39,939 nt of DNA, taken from NCBI GenBank assembly GCA_023253325.1, contig JALRGY010000001.1, positions 1,317 through 41,255 on the forward strand. Reading direction: 5' to 3'. Source of the stretch: Candidatus Nanopelagicales bacterium (lineage in GTDB: Bacteria > Actinomycetota > Actinomycetes > S36-B12). This document shows, in pieces, positions 26,978-36,073 of this stretch. Numbering within the stretch: position 1 is the stretch's first letter; every line of letters begins with the position of its first letter. The notes under the pieces are model-generated. The model was not told the DNA's origin and ran no database searches. It was given only the letters and a program-made list of their open reading frames with translations. The translations under genes were made by a program, and so were the position numbers.

Positions 26978-28330
26978 CTAGGCCAGCAACTCCTTGTACC
27001 AGCGTGCACTGGCTTTGGGGGTTCGCTCACCCGTTTCAGGATTGACCCTGACCATTCCAAACTTTTTGGTCCATCCCGATGCCCATTCCAAGTTGTCCAT
27101 CAGGCTCCAGGCGAAGTATCCCCGAATATCGATGCCACGATCACGTGCAGCAACGGCTTGAGCAATATGCGACCTGAGGTATGCGATTCGACCTTGGTCG
27201 TCAAGATCATCGGGCGCTGCCATGCCGTTTTCACAGACCCAGATGGGCACGCCTGGCAAAGCCTGCGCAATTTGCTGCAGCGCCATGAGCAGGCCCTCGG
27301 GCACTATTTCCCAGCCCATGTCGGTCAACTCACCGCGGGGCTTGAAGCTCACTGGAGGGCAGGCTGGAAACATGCTGGTGTCCTGACCAATGGCAACAAT
27401 GTCGCTCGAACCCGCGGCTGCAACGCGATTAATTGTGTAGTAATTCTCCCCCACCCAATCGAGTGGCGTGCTGAGAACAGCATTGTCTTCATCGCGGACG
27501 AATGCCCAGTCTGTTATCGAGGCGCAGGACTGACGAATTTCGGCACTAACACCATTGCCAGCTAACAGGTCGAGAAAAATTCTGTTTTGCATTCCATCGA
27601 TATGACGCGTTTGCGCTTCCATGTCTGGAGAATCTGAAACACACGGAATGATGTTCAGCACTATTCCGATGTTCGTAGCTCCCACTTCACGCATGGCATT
27701 CACAGCGAGGCCGTGGCCAAGAATCAGGTTGTAAGCCGCTTCAAGCGACACGCCCTCCTCAGTTCGACCGGGTGCGAAATAGCCTGCGCAGTAACCGAGG
27801 AATGCTGAACACCATGGCTCGTTGAGTGTTGCCCACTGGTCAATGCGATCACCAAAGTGATTCGCCATGGCACGGGCGTATTGCGCAAAGTCATATGCCG
27901 TTTGCCTGTTTGACCAACCACCGTTGTGCTCTAACTCGGACGGAGTGTCCCAGTGAAACAGTGTTGGAACTGGTTTGATTCCCCGCTTGATCAGGCCATT
28001 AACAAGTCTGTCGTAGAAATCAAGACCGGATTGAGATAACTCACCGACACCGCCCGGGATGACCCGGGCCCAACTGATTGAGAACCGATAAGTGTCAACA
28101 CCGAACCATGCCAAAAGGTCCAGGTCCTCTTCCAAACGATTAACGTGATCACACGCCGGTTCACCCGTTGCACCATCGACAATCTTGCCGGGGATCGCAC
28201 TGAACTCATCCCAGTTGCACAATCCACGACCGGCAACATCGCCTTCGATCTGCCATGAGGATGTAGCAACACCCAACTCAAAGTCTGCAGGAATGTTGAG
28301 GCCGTCAAAACTACGCGCGTGGGATGTCAT
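26978..28330 (-). CDS. glycoside hydrolase family 1 beta-glucosidase
   Basis: ATSSWQIEG, YRFSISW, TLFHWD, TLNEP (acid/base), CENG (nucleophile), WSLMDN.EW. Confidence 0.94.
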   Translation of the reverse strand: MTSHARSFDGLNIPADFELGVATSSWQIEGDVAGRGLCNWDEFSAIPGKIVDGATGEPACDHVNRLEEDLDLLAWFGVDTYRFSISWARVIPGGVGELSQSGLDFYDRLVNGLIKRGIKPVPTLFHWDTPSELEHNGGWSNRQTAYDFAQYARAMANHFGDRIDQWATLNEPWCSAFLGYCAGYFAPGRTEEGVSLEAAYNLILGHGLAVNAMREVGATNIGIVLNIIPCVSDSPDMEAQTRHIDGMQNRIFLDLLAGNGVSAEIRQSCASITDWAFVRDEDNAVLSTPLDWVGENYYTINRVAAAGSSDIVAIGQDTSMFPACPPVSFKPRGELTDMGWEIVPEGLLMALQQIAQALPGVPIWVCENGMAAPDDLDDQGRIAYLRSHIAQAVAARDRGIDIRGYFAWSLMDNLEWASGWTKKFGMVRVNPETGERTPKASARWYKELLA

Positions 28331-28378
28331 GACGCAAGATTATCGTTTGAAGTTATCCCTTGAAGCTATCTCTTGGAG

Positions 28379-29362
28379 CTATCCCTTGACTGAGCCTGCC
28401 AGCAATCCGCGAACAAAGAAGCGCTGTAGCGAGAAGAACACGATCAACGGAACAATGATCGCAATAAAAGCACCCGCAGTGGTCAAGTGCAATTGCGCGC
28501 CATAGGTGCCTTTGAGGTTGGCCAAGTAACTCGTCACGGGTGCAACGTTTGGAGTTCCTCCCGCGAAGGTGATCGCAACGAGCAGGTCATTCCACACCCA
28601 CAGGAATTGGAAGATTGCAAAAGATGCAATGGCCGGCACGGACAGCGGAAGAACGATTTTGCGGAAAATCAGGAAGTGTCCTGCACCATCAACCCTGGCG
28701 GCTTCCATGAGGTCACGTGGGAGTTGAGCCATGAAGTTGTGCAACAGGAAGATGGCTAAAGGCAGTGCGAACATGGTGTGCGCGATCCAGAGTGGAATGT
28801 AGGTGCCCGCCAAGAGCGACTGATTTGATCCCGGTTTGTTCAGGTCAGGGAAAATTGGAATGTCCCCGATGCTCCACCCAAGGTTGAACATCTGCAGTAA
28901 GGGCAACAGGGCCATCTGGAGAGGGACAACCTGCAAAGCAAAGATGCCAAAGAAAATTAAGGTTGATCCCTTAAATGGCACCCAGGCGATGGCGTAGGCG
29001 GCCATGCTCGCCAATACGAGGGGAAAGATCGCAGCAGGAATTGCGATGGCAAATGAGTTAAAGAAATATGGCGTAATACCGATAGCGGCGTTACTGCCAC
29101 CGGTGATGACCTCAGCGTAGTTGGAAAACGTCACCGCCGGGTTGCGGAAAAATGTCCACCACCCGGTGTTCTGAGCATCTGCCGCCGGGCGGAGTGACGT
29201 GATGAGCAAACCAACCGTTGGAATGGTCCACAACACGGTGATGATCACTACTACCAGAACAGCCCACGGGCTACTCAACTTGCGACGAGCAGCTTCGGTG
29301 ACACTGCTTTTACCCTCTTCGGGTTCCGGGAGGATTACAAACTCCGGGGCTTCAACGCTCAT
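28379..29362 (-). CDS. carbohydrate ABC transporter permease (AglG/MalG-like)
   Basis: EAARVDGA EAA loop, FQFLWVWNDLL, GLLAGSVKG. Confidence 0.94.
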   Translation of the reverse strand: MSVEAPEFVILPEPEEGKSSVTEAARRKLSSPWAVLVVVIITVLWTIPTVGLLITSLRPAADAQNTGWWTFFRNPAVTFSNYAEVITGGSNAAIGITPYFFNSFAIAIPAAIFPLVLASMAAYAIAWVPFKGSTLIFFGIFALQVVPLQMALLPLLQMFNLGWSIGDIPIFPDLNKPGSNQSLLAGTYIPLWIAHTMFALPLAIFLLHNFMAQLPRDLMEAARVDGAGHFLIFRKIVLPLSVPAIASFAIFQFLWVWNDLLVAITFAGGTPNVAPVTSYLANLKGTYGAQLHLTTAGAFIAIIVPLIVFFSLQRFFVRGLLAGSVKG

Positions 29363-30333
29363 CGGATTGCACGCTCCTTTCGCAGTTGAACCACGTTGTA
29401 GATGATCAACGGCACCACCCCAATGAACAAAACGACCGCTAGGGCATTTCCGTGGCCTTGATTAAATTGAACGAACGATTGGGCGTACATCTCGTTAGCG
29501 ACCACCTGAGTTCCAAAGTTTCCATTGGTCATGGTTCGAACAATGTCGAAGATCTTGAGAACCGCGATCATGATCGTGGTGAGAACAACAATCAGTGTTG
29601 CTCGAATCATCGGGATGGTGACACGGCTGAACAGCTTCCAGCCAACTGCGCCGTCAAGTTCTGCCGCCTCAACAACATCGGTGGGAATGTTCTTGATGGC
29701 AGCGGAAAGAACCACCATGGCAAAACCAACCTGAATCCAGACCATGATGACCATGAGCAGGTAGTTGTTGAAAGGTTGCCATAGAATCCAGTTGGGGGGA
29801 TCATCGACTCCCAGCCACATGACGACCTGGCTAAGCAAACCAACTTGTTCCTTGGCAGGGTCGCGGTACTCGTACATGAGTCCCCAGATGATGCTGGCTC
29901 CTACGAATGAGATTGCCATCGGCATAAAGATCAAACTCTTGGCAACAGACTCTCTGCGCATGCGGTCAAGGAGCAATGCGAGGGTGAGACCGAGTGCAGT
30001 GGATGCAATTGGTGCAATCACGATCCAAAGAACGGTGTTGACAAGGACGCCTTGTTGGGTGTCAAAAATCCACGCGTAGTTGTCAAAGCCAACGAACTCT
30101 TCTTGGTTAGCGTCAAGGGTGCTGCCATAAATAGTTCTGAACGCGGGAACGATCAAGCCCATGGTCACCAGGATGAGTGCAGGGCCAAGGAAAACCAGAA
30201 TCGCAACGGGGCCTTGCAGGCGTCCGCGGAAGCGAGCACCAATGAAGAACAAGATTAAGAGGAAGGCTAGGAACAAACCGATAGCCGTTGCGGCGCTGCC
30301 AAGTTTGGGCAATCCGTTGAGGACTTCTTCCAC
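29359..30333 (-). CDS. carbohydrate ABC transporter permease (AglF/MalF-like)
   Basis: KSLIFMPMAISFVGA, EAAELDGA, LKIFDIV. Confidence 0.94.
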   Translation of the reverse strand: MEEVLNGLPKLGSAATAIGLFLAFLLILFFIGARFRGRLQGPVAILVFLGPALILVTMGLIVPAFRTIYGSTLDANQEEFVGFDNYAWIFDTQQGVLVNTVLWIVIAPIASTALGLTLALLLDRMRRESVAKSLIFMPMAISFVGASIIWGLMYEYRDPAKEQVGLLSQVVMWLGVDDPPNWILWQPFNNYLLMVIMVWIQVGFAMVVLSAAIKNIPTDVVEAAELDGAVGWKLFSRVTIPMIRATLIVVLTTIMIAVLKIFDIVRTMTNGNFGTQVVANEMYAQSFVQFNQGHGNALAVVLFIGVVPLIIYNVVQLRKERAIR

Positions 30334-30380
30334 GACTATCCCTTCTTTGAGTCTGCGACAACGCCCGAATTCTTTCAGAG

Positions 30381-30437
30381 ATTGAAACTGCCGGAGTGCT
30401 TATTAGCAAATTGCTAAGTCACTCCGGCAGTTTCAAT
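30381..30437 (-). terminator. long intercistronic stem-loop after the substrate-binding gene (partial terminator or mRNA stabiliser)
   Basis: ATTGAAACTGCCGGAGTG (30381-30398) pairs perfectly with CACTCCGGCAGTTTCAAT (30420-30437); inner TTAGCAA/TTGCTAA stem. Confidence 0.75.
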
Positions 30438-30474
30438 TGTTTAACTGTTTATCGAACTACTTGATCCGCTCTAA

Positions 30475-31893
30475 TTAGGAGGCAGGCCAAGCAGCATCGA
30501 TTGCCTTGAGAACTTCAGCCGTTGGCTTGTCCTCGGCGAACCATGCGGTCATTTCGGTCCACTCTGCGCCTGCACCAACAGCTGCTGGCATCAGGTCAGA
30601 TGCATCGAAACGGAAGGTTCCGGTCAGGTCGGTCAAGTACTGAGCCGAGAGCTGATCGATTGAGCCTTCTGCATAGGTATCCAATGGAACACCGCTGTTT
30701 GCGGAGACCCAGGTACCGAGTGATGCCTTGCTGGTTGCGAACTCAGGTGATGCGAGGTAGGTCTGCACTGCAGCAACCTCTGGACGATCAGCGAACGCTG
30801 CTACGAACTCGCCACCACCGACGACGGGCTGCGGAGCAACTGCGTCATCCATTGCGGGGAGGTAGAAGGCGTATGCATCGCCATCGACACCAACTGTTGC
30901 ACCTTCTTGGAAGTTACCCCAGAAGTTGGCGTAGAAGCTAGCCTGCTGAAGCATGCCGCACTCGCCTGCGAGAATCGGGCCACCAGCATCCTGGAATGCT
31001 GTTGTTGCGATTGTCTGGACGTTGCCGAAGCCACCATTGACGTAGTCAGGGTTCTTCATCCAACCTGCGAGGACGTCCATAGCTGCGGTGACCTCAGGTG
31101 AGTCGAACAGGATCTCGTGGTTGACCCACTTGTCGTAGACCTCGCCGCCATACATGCGTAGCATGATCTGCTCGAGCCAGTCTGTTGCTGCCCAACCGGT
31201 TGCGCCACCGGACTCGATGCCACCACACCATGGCTTGACGCCATCAGCGACCATCTGGTCAGAGAGTGCCCACAGTTCATCCCATGTTGTTGGGACGGTG
31301 TAGCCATTGGCTGCGAATGTCTTTGGTGAGTACCACACGAATGACTTCATGTTGGAACCAAGAGGAGCTGCGTAGAAGGTGCCATCGACGGTGCCGTAGC
31401 TCTTCCATGCTGCGTTCCAGTACTGATCAACGTTGGCAACGGTGCCTTCTGATGCAGGAACTGGTCCACCATCAGCAACAAGCTTGGCGAGCAAACCTGG
31501 CTGTGGGATGAATGCGATGTCTGGTGCGTTTCCGCCAGCAATACGTGTTGGAAGCTGCGCTTCGAACTGATCGCTTCCTTCATAGACGATGTCGATGCCC
31601 GTGCAGGACTCGAACTCGCTCCATGATTGTTCAAATAGACCCTGCTCCGGAGGCAGGATTGAGGTGAAGATGCTGACTGATGCACCCTCGTTGCCCATGT
31701 ACTGTGAGTACGCTTCGCAGCCAGCTGCAACATCGGTGCCTTCTTCTGCTGTTGCTTCTTCGCTGGCGCTAGCTGTTTCTTCGGTCGCGCTGTCTTCTGT
31801 AGAGCTATCGCTCGAGCAAGCTGCGAGCAACATCACTGCTGCTACACCGCCGGCGAGAACTGCGGCTCCACGGCGCCGCTTCAATGCGGTCAT
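30475..31893 (-). CDS. sugar ABC transporter substrate-binding lipoprotein (AglE/GgtB alpha-glucoside type)
   Basis: Lipobox LAAC, PDIAFIPQPG, KSFVWY, WCGGIESGGATGW..TDW, RFDASDLMP; AGGAG SD. Confidence 0.93.
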   Translation of the reverse strand: MTALKRRRGAAVLAGGVAAVMLLAACSSDSSTEDSATEETASASEEATAEEGTDVAAGCEAYSQYMGNEGASVSIFTSILPPEQGLFEQSWSEFESCTGIDIVYEGSDQFEAQLPTRIAGGNAPDIAFIPQPGLLAKLVADGGPVPASEGTVANVDQYWNAAWKSYGTVDGTFYAAPLGSNMKSFVWYSPKTFAANGYTVPTTWDELWALSDQMVADGVKPWCGGIESGGATGWAATDWLEQIMLRMYGGEVYDKWVNHEILFDSPEVTAAMDVLAGWMKNPDYVNGGFGNVQTIATTAFQDAGGPILAGECGMLQQASFYANFWGNFQEGATVGVDGDAYAFYLPAMDDAVAPQPVVGGGEFVAAFADRPEVAAVQTYLASPEFATSKASLGTWVSANSGVPLDTYAEGSIDQLSAQYLTDLTGTFRFDASDLMPAAVGAGAEWTEMTAWFAEDKPTAEVLKAIDAAWPAS

Positions 31894-31996
31894 GGATTCT
31901 CCTTGTTGAGCACGAAGTCGAGGGAGGTCCTCAACTCGGGTTTTCGGTTCACGATCACATAATCTTGGGGATCACTCGAAATGAATTCCCAGCAAA

Positions 31997-32010
31997 AGTA
32001 AACGCTTCCA
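31997..32010 (-). promoter_or_regulatory. LacI-family operator TGGAAGCGTTTACT upstream of the sugar ABC operon
   Basis: One mismatch to TGNAANCGNTTNCA; adjacent to a putative TTGCAT-18-GACCAT promoter on the minus strand. Confidence 0.65.
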
Positions 32011-32156
32011 TGGTCTCTCAGAAGCCCCCACCAATGCAAGTCAAAACTATGTAACAGAGCCATGTAACGATTAACAATTTGATATCAAGCCCCAATTTCC
32101 CCATTTTTTGGCATGTGCCCATCACGGGCCGAGCATCCAAAGTAGGCTCGGCCCAC

Positions 32157-32172
32157 AATTTCATATGAAATT
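32157..32172. promoter_or_regulatory. perfect 16-bp palindrome AATTTCATATGAAATT upstream of msiK
   Basis: Self-complementary; lies just downstream of TAGGCT (32143-32148), a putative -10. Confidence 0.5.
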
Positions 32173-32210
32173 TGAGTGACTCTCTTACTCAAAGACTTTC
32201 ACACCCCAAC

Positions 32211-32262
32211 CCTCCTACTCGGATCGTCCGGCACGTTCCTGCCGGTGAGAGGCACGACAATG
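32211..32262 (+). ncRNA. msiK RNA motif (cis-regulatory leader)
   Basis: CCGGCA-CGTTCC-TGCCGG hairpin (32228-32245) flanked by CCTC / GAGG covering the SD, directly 5' of an MsiK-type ATPase in an actinobacterium. Confidence 0.78.
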
Positions 32263-33327
32263 ACTGAATCAGTTCGCTTTGATGATGTATCCCTGCTCTA
32301 CCCCGGCGGCGATAAGCCCGCCGTGAGCCACCTGAACCTCACGATTGAAAAGGGTGAGTTTCTCGTCCTCGTGGGCCCCTCAGGCTGTGGCAAATCAACA
32401 AGTCTGCGCATGCTCGCGGGTCTTGAACCAATCTCCGATGGCACCCTCTATATCGGTGACCGCGATGTTACAAACCTCGCGGCGAAAGATCGCGATATTG
32501 CGATGGTGTTCCAGAACTATGCGCTCTACCCACACATGTCGGTAGCGGAAAACATGGCATTCGCTCTGAAAATTCAAAAGGTGTCCAAAGACGATATTGA
32601 GCGCCGAGTCAAAGAAGCAGCAGCCCTGCTTGATCTCACCGAATACCTCGACCGGAAACCAAAAGCACTATCCGGTGGGCAGCGCCAGCGCGTTGCCATG
32701 GGTCGTGCAATTGTTCGCGAGCCACAAGTTTTTCTTATGGATGAACCACTATCGAATCTCGATGCAAAACTTCGCGTGCAAACCCGGACCCAAATCGCAG
32801 CGTTGCAACGCCGCCTAGGAACAACAACCGTTTACGTCACGCACGACCAGGTTGAAGCCATGACCATGGGTGATCGCGTTGCCGTGCTCAAGGACGGCAT
32901 TTTGCAACAGGTTGACACACCTCGTGCACTCTATGATTCGCCAGCAAATGCTTTCGTGGCAACCTTTATTGGTTCACCGAGCATGAACATGATTACGGCG
33001 CGCAAGGTTGATGGTGGTGCAGAATTTGGAGGTACCGTGATTCCAATTGAACGCGATGTTCTGGCGAAAGCGCAAGGGGAGAATGTTCTTGTTGGCGTGC
33101 GTCCCGAGGATCTCCAGCTCGCTGAGAGTGGTGCCACCATGGAAGTCACCCTTGTTGAGGAACTTGGTGCGGACACATTCGTTTATGGCACAACCCCTGA
33201 TGGCGTGAATGACCTTGTTGCACGTTCACGGGGATTCCAGTCCCCACGCATGGGTTCTAGCGTCAGTGTTCATCCCGAAAAGATTTATGTGTTCAACGCA
33301 GAAGGAAATCAGGAGCGAATTTCTTAA
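32260..33327 (+). CDS. msiK: sugar ABC transporter ATP-binding protein (MsiK/UgpC)
   Basis: GPSGCGKS, MVFQNYALYPH, LSGGQRQR, DEPLSNLDAKLR, FIGSPSMN; ATG 32260 after GAGAGG. Confidence 0.93.
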   Translation: MTESVRFDDVSLLYPGGDKPAVSHLNLTIEKGEFLVLVGPSGCGKSTSLRMLAGLEPISDGTLYIGDRDVTNLAAKDRDIAMVFQNYALYPHMSVAENMAFALKIQKVSKDDIERRVKEAAALLDLTEYLDRKPKALSGGQRQRVAMGRAIVREPQVFLMDEPLSNLDAKLRVQTRTQIAALQRRLGTTTVYVTHDQVEAMTMGDRVAVLKDGILQQVDTPRALYDSPANAFVATFIGSPSMNMITARKVDGGAEFGGTVIPIERDVLAKAQGENVLVGVRPEDLQLAESGATMEVTLVEELGADTFVYGTTPDGVNDLVARSRGFQSPRMGSSVSVHPEKIYVFNAEGNQERIS

Positions 33328-33330
33328 CTG

Positions 33331-34980
33331 TCAGGCTATAAACCAAACTGCGCAATTGGGTGGTAGGGATTTTTCCTTGCCACCCACTTGCATGTCGCTA
33401 CTTATCACGACGCTGCAATTTGGAAACATCGCTCCGATATCCCACGGTGTCGATCCCGTGTTAACAGCGACATGAAAACCAGAGTCGCGGGAAAAAATCA
33501 TGACGCTCTCGCTACCAGAATCCACGAATGTCACTGGTCCCGCCACAGCACGACGCCCGTGCAATGTAGTTCGGTAGAGGTTAAGAACGCTGAGGGGGTC
33601 GCTCAGCTCTGACTCCACCGTCACCTGCGCCCAATCATCGGGTTGCGGTAACCAGGTCTCGGTAGTGGACTCGGTAAAACCGTATGGCGGCAGAACGCCG
33701 GACCACGGCAGTGGAACTCGTGCCCCATCGCGACCCTTCTGAGCACCCTTTGTTCGGGAAAACACCGGATCCTGCCGAGCCGAATCTGGCAGGTCAACAT
33801 CGGCCAGGCCCAGTTCCTCGCCTTGGAATACGTACATGGACCCAGGCAGGGCGTGGGCAACGACGGCGAGGGCCCTTGCTCGTGCCTGGCCCACTTCGCC
33901 GCCGCCAAGACGGGTGACCACTCGAGGTGAATCGTGGTTCGAAATGGCCCAGGTGGGGGGTGCATTGACATCAGCGACCGCAGACATGGCTTTGAGGATC
34001 GTCCCCTGCATGATTCCTGCGTCCCAAGCCACCACCAAGAAATCGAATCCGAATATCTGGTGAAGTGACGTTGGGGAGACGTAGCGACTTGCTCGGTGCG
34101 GGGGAACCCATGCTTCACTGACAGCCATTCGATCGCCCGGGTATTCATCCAACACTGCGCGCCAGGTTGCATAAATATCCTGCAACTCATCACGATCAAA
34201 GAACCCCGAATTTTCAATTAAAAGCCGTTTGGCTGCCATCTCGGGTGAGCCATCGTCAAGATCAAACCTGAGTGCCTCGGTTAAACCGACTGGATCCGGG
34301 AGATCCGCGTAGGTCATGTCTTTGACCAAACCATGCGCCACATCAACACGGAATCCGTCAACACCCATGTCCAGCCAAAATCTCAGGGTTCGAATCCAGT
34401 CCTCCGCTACCTCAGGATTTGTCCAATTAACATCGGGCTGGCTTGAATCAAAAACATGCAGGTACCACTGGCCCGGACTCCCATCAGCGTTTGTCGTTCT
34501 GGTCCAGGCCGGTCCACCAAATAAACTCACCCAGTTATTTGGTGGTTCATCACCCTCCGTGTCCAAAAAATGGAATCGGGCCCGCTCCGGTGAACCGGGC
34601 CCAGCCGCCAGCGCGGCTTGAAACCACGGGTGATCCTGGGAAACGTGATTGGGCACCAAATCAACCATGATTTTTAATCCATGGTCATGGGCGGCCTTGA
34701 TGAGTCCTTGTGCATCCTGCAATGTTCCGTACATGGGGTCAACCCCGCGAGGATCAGCAACGTCGTAACCAGAATCATGCTGTGGGCTGGGGTAGAACGG
34801 GGACAGCCAAATAGCGTCGACACCGAGGGCTGACAAGTAGGGAAGCTTATTTAGCACTCCCACCAAGTCACCTAATGCATCGCCATTGCCGTCAAAAAAC
34901 GAACGCGGGTACACCTGATAAACGGCTGCGTTATGCCACCAAATGTGATGGTCAGACTGTGTCTTGTGGTCAATACCCAT
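33331..34980 (-). CDS. GH13 alpha-glucosidase
   Basis: YQVYPRSF, DLVPNH, GFRVDVAH (nucleophile), SEAW, SNHD, GRDGARVP. Confidence 0.93.
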   Translation of the reverse strand: MGIDHKTQSDHHIWWHNAAVYQVYPRSFFDGNGDALGDLVGVLNKLPYLSALGVDAIWLSPFYPSPQHDSGYDVADPRGVDPMYGTLQDAQGLIKAAHDHGLKIMVDLVPNHVSQDHPWFQAALAAGPGSPERARFHFLDTEGDEPPNNWVSLFGGPAWTRTTNADGSPGQWYLHVFDSSQPDVNWTNPEVAEDWIRTLRFWLDMGVDGFRVDVAHGLVKDMTYADLPDPVGLTEALRFDLDDGSPEMAAKRLLIENSGFFDRDELQDIYATWRAVLDEYPGDRMAVSEAWVPPHRASRYVSPTSLHQIFGFDFLVVAWDAGIMQGTILKAMSAVADVNAPPTWAISNHDSPRVVTRLGGGEVGQARARALAVVAHALPGSMYVFQGEELGLADVDLPDSARQDPVFSRTKGAQKGRDGARVPLPWSGVLPPYGFTESTTETWLPQPDDWAQVTVESELSDPLSVLNLYRTTLHGRRAVAGPVTFVDSGSESVMIFSRDSGFHVAVNTGSTPWDIGAMFPNCSVVISSDMQVGGKEKSLPPNCAVWFIA

Positions 34981-34992
34981 AAAAGGTGCTCC

Positions 34993-36009
34993 CTAAGAAT
35001 TAATTTTGCCCGTTGATCCGCGCACGATCAATCGGGTTGGAAGCTCAGTCACCACGGCATCGGCATGGAAATTTGGGGTCATTTCCATTTGCGCCAGTAA
35101 TCGTTCTGCTGCTCTTATGCCAAGCTCGCTAACAGGCTGTGAAACCGTTGATAAATTCAGGTACTCCGACATGGGATGGTTATCAATTCCGATGATGGAA
35201 ATATCGCGGCCCGGAACCAAACCGTGCGAAGTCGCCGAACGCAGTGCGCCAAATGCCATTTCATCGCTCATGGCGAAAACTGCCGTGGGCGGATTCGGTT
35301 GGTTGAGTAATGCATCCATCGCCTTTTCACCACCGTCAATGGTGAAACGACCGAACACCTCCAACATGGGATCCTGTGCTAGCCCACGTTCATTCATTAC
35401 GGCACGAAATCCCCGCTCGCGCTCCGATTCCGCTGTGAATCGTGCTTCGGCCGGCCCTCCTGCAATCAGACCAATGCGAACATGTCCTAGGTCTGCCAAG
35501 TGTTCCGTTGCCGTCCGCGCCGCTTGAGCATCATTGATGGCAACACAATCAACTCCCGGCGCAATCCCACCGATCATCGCCGAGGGCATGTCCAGTTTCA
35601 GGATAGGTTCCAAATCTGGATCTTGTGGTGGCAGAGCAACAATGAGGATTCCATCCACTCGCCGCTTCAGTCTCGGCGTGGGAGGGATTCGAGCATGACC
35701 ATTTTGATAGTCGCCAACGTTGATGAGCAAAAGATCAATACCAGCCTTTTGCAGGGCTGATTCCGCCCCCGCAATGACTTCAGAAAAGAACCACCGTGAA
35801 ATATATGGAGTGATCACGGCCATGCTTCCGGTGCGACCGGATGCTAGCCGCGATGCACTGGGTGAAATGACGTAGTCCATGTCAAGAGCAATGCTCTTCA
35901 CTCGCTCCCGAGTCTGTTCATCAACATTGGGCAGACCACGTAATGCACGGGAGACGGTGGCAGTGGACACGCCTGCTGCTTCTGCTACATCTCTGATTGT
36001 GATTGCCAT
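34993..36009 (-). CDS. LacI family transcriptional regulator
   Basis: TIRDVAEAAGVSTATVSRAL HTH; GAGGAGG SD before ATG 36009. Confidence 0.95.
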   Translation of the reverse strand: MAITIRDVAEAAGVSTATVSRALRGLPNVDEQTRERVKSIALDMDYVISPSASRLASGRTGSMAVITPYISRWFFSEVIAGAESALQKAGIDLLLINVGDYQNGHARIPPTPRLKRRVDGILIVALPPQDPDLEPILKLDMPSAMIGGIAPGVDCVAINDAQAARTATEHLADLGHVRIGLIAGGPAEARFTAESERERGFRAVMNERGLAQDPMLEVFGRFTIDGGEKAMDALLNQPNPPTAVFAMSDEMAFGALRSATSHGLVPGRDISIIGIDNHPMSEYLNLSTVSQPVSELGIRAAERLLAQMEMTPNFHADAVVTELPTRLIVRGSTGKINS

Positions 36010-36033
36010 GCTGCCTCCTCTCCCTCGAGTGAC

Positions 36034-36047
36034 TGCAAGCGTATACA
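36034..36047. promoter_or_regulatory. LacI-family operator TGCAAGCGTATACA (autoregulation)
   Basis: Resembles the 31997-32010 site and overlaps a TACGCT -10 on the minus strand. Confidence 0.65.
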
Positions 36048-36073
36048 TAGACCCAAAATTGGGAAGAGTTTTT

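Noticed and set aside
34386-34397. GGGTTCGAATCC match to the tRNA T-arm as an att-site duplication
   Set aside because: Only 12 bp, opposite orientation to the tRNA, inside the intact GH13 CDS, and no integrase present.
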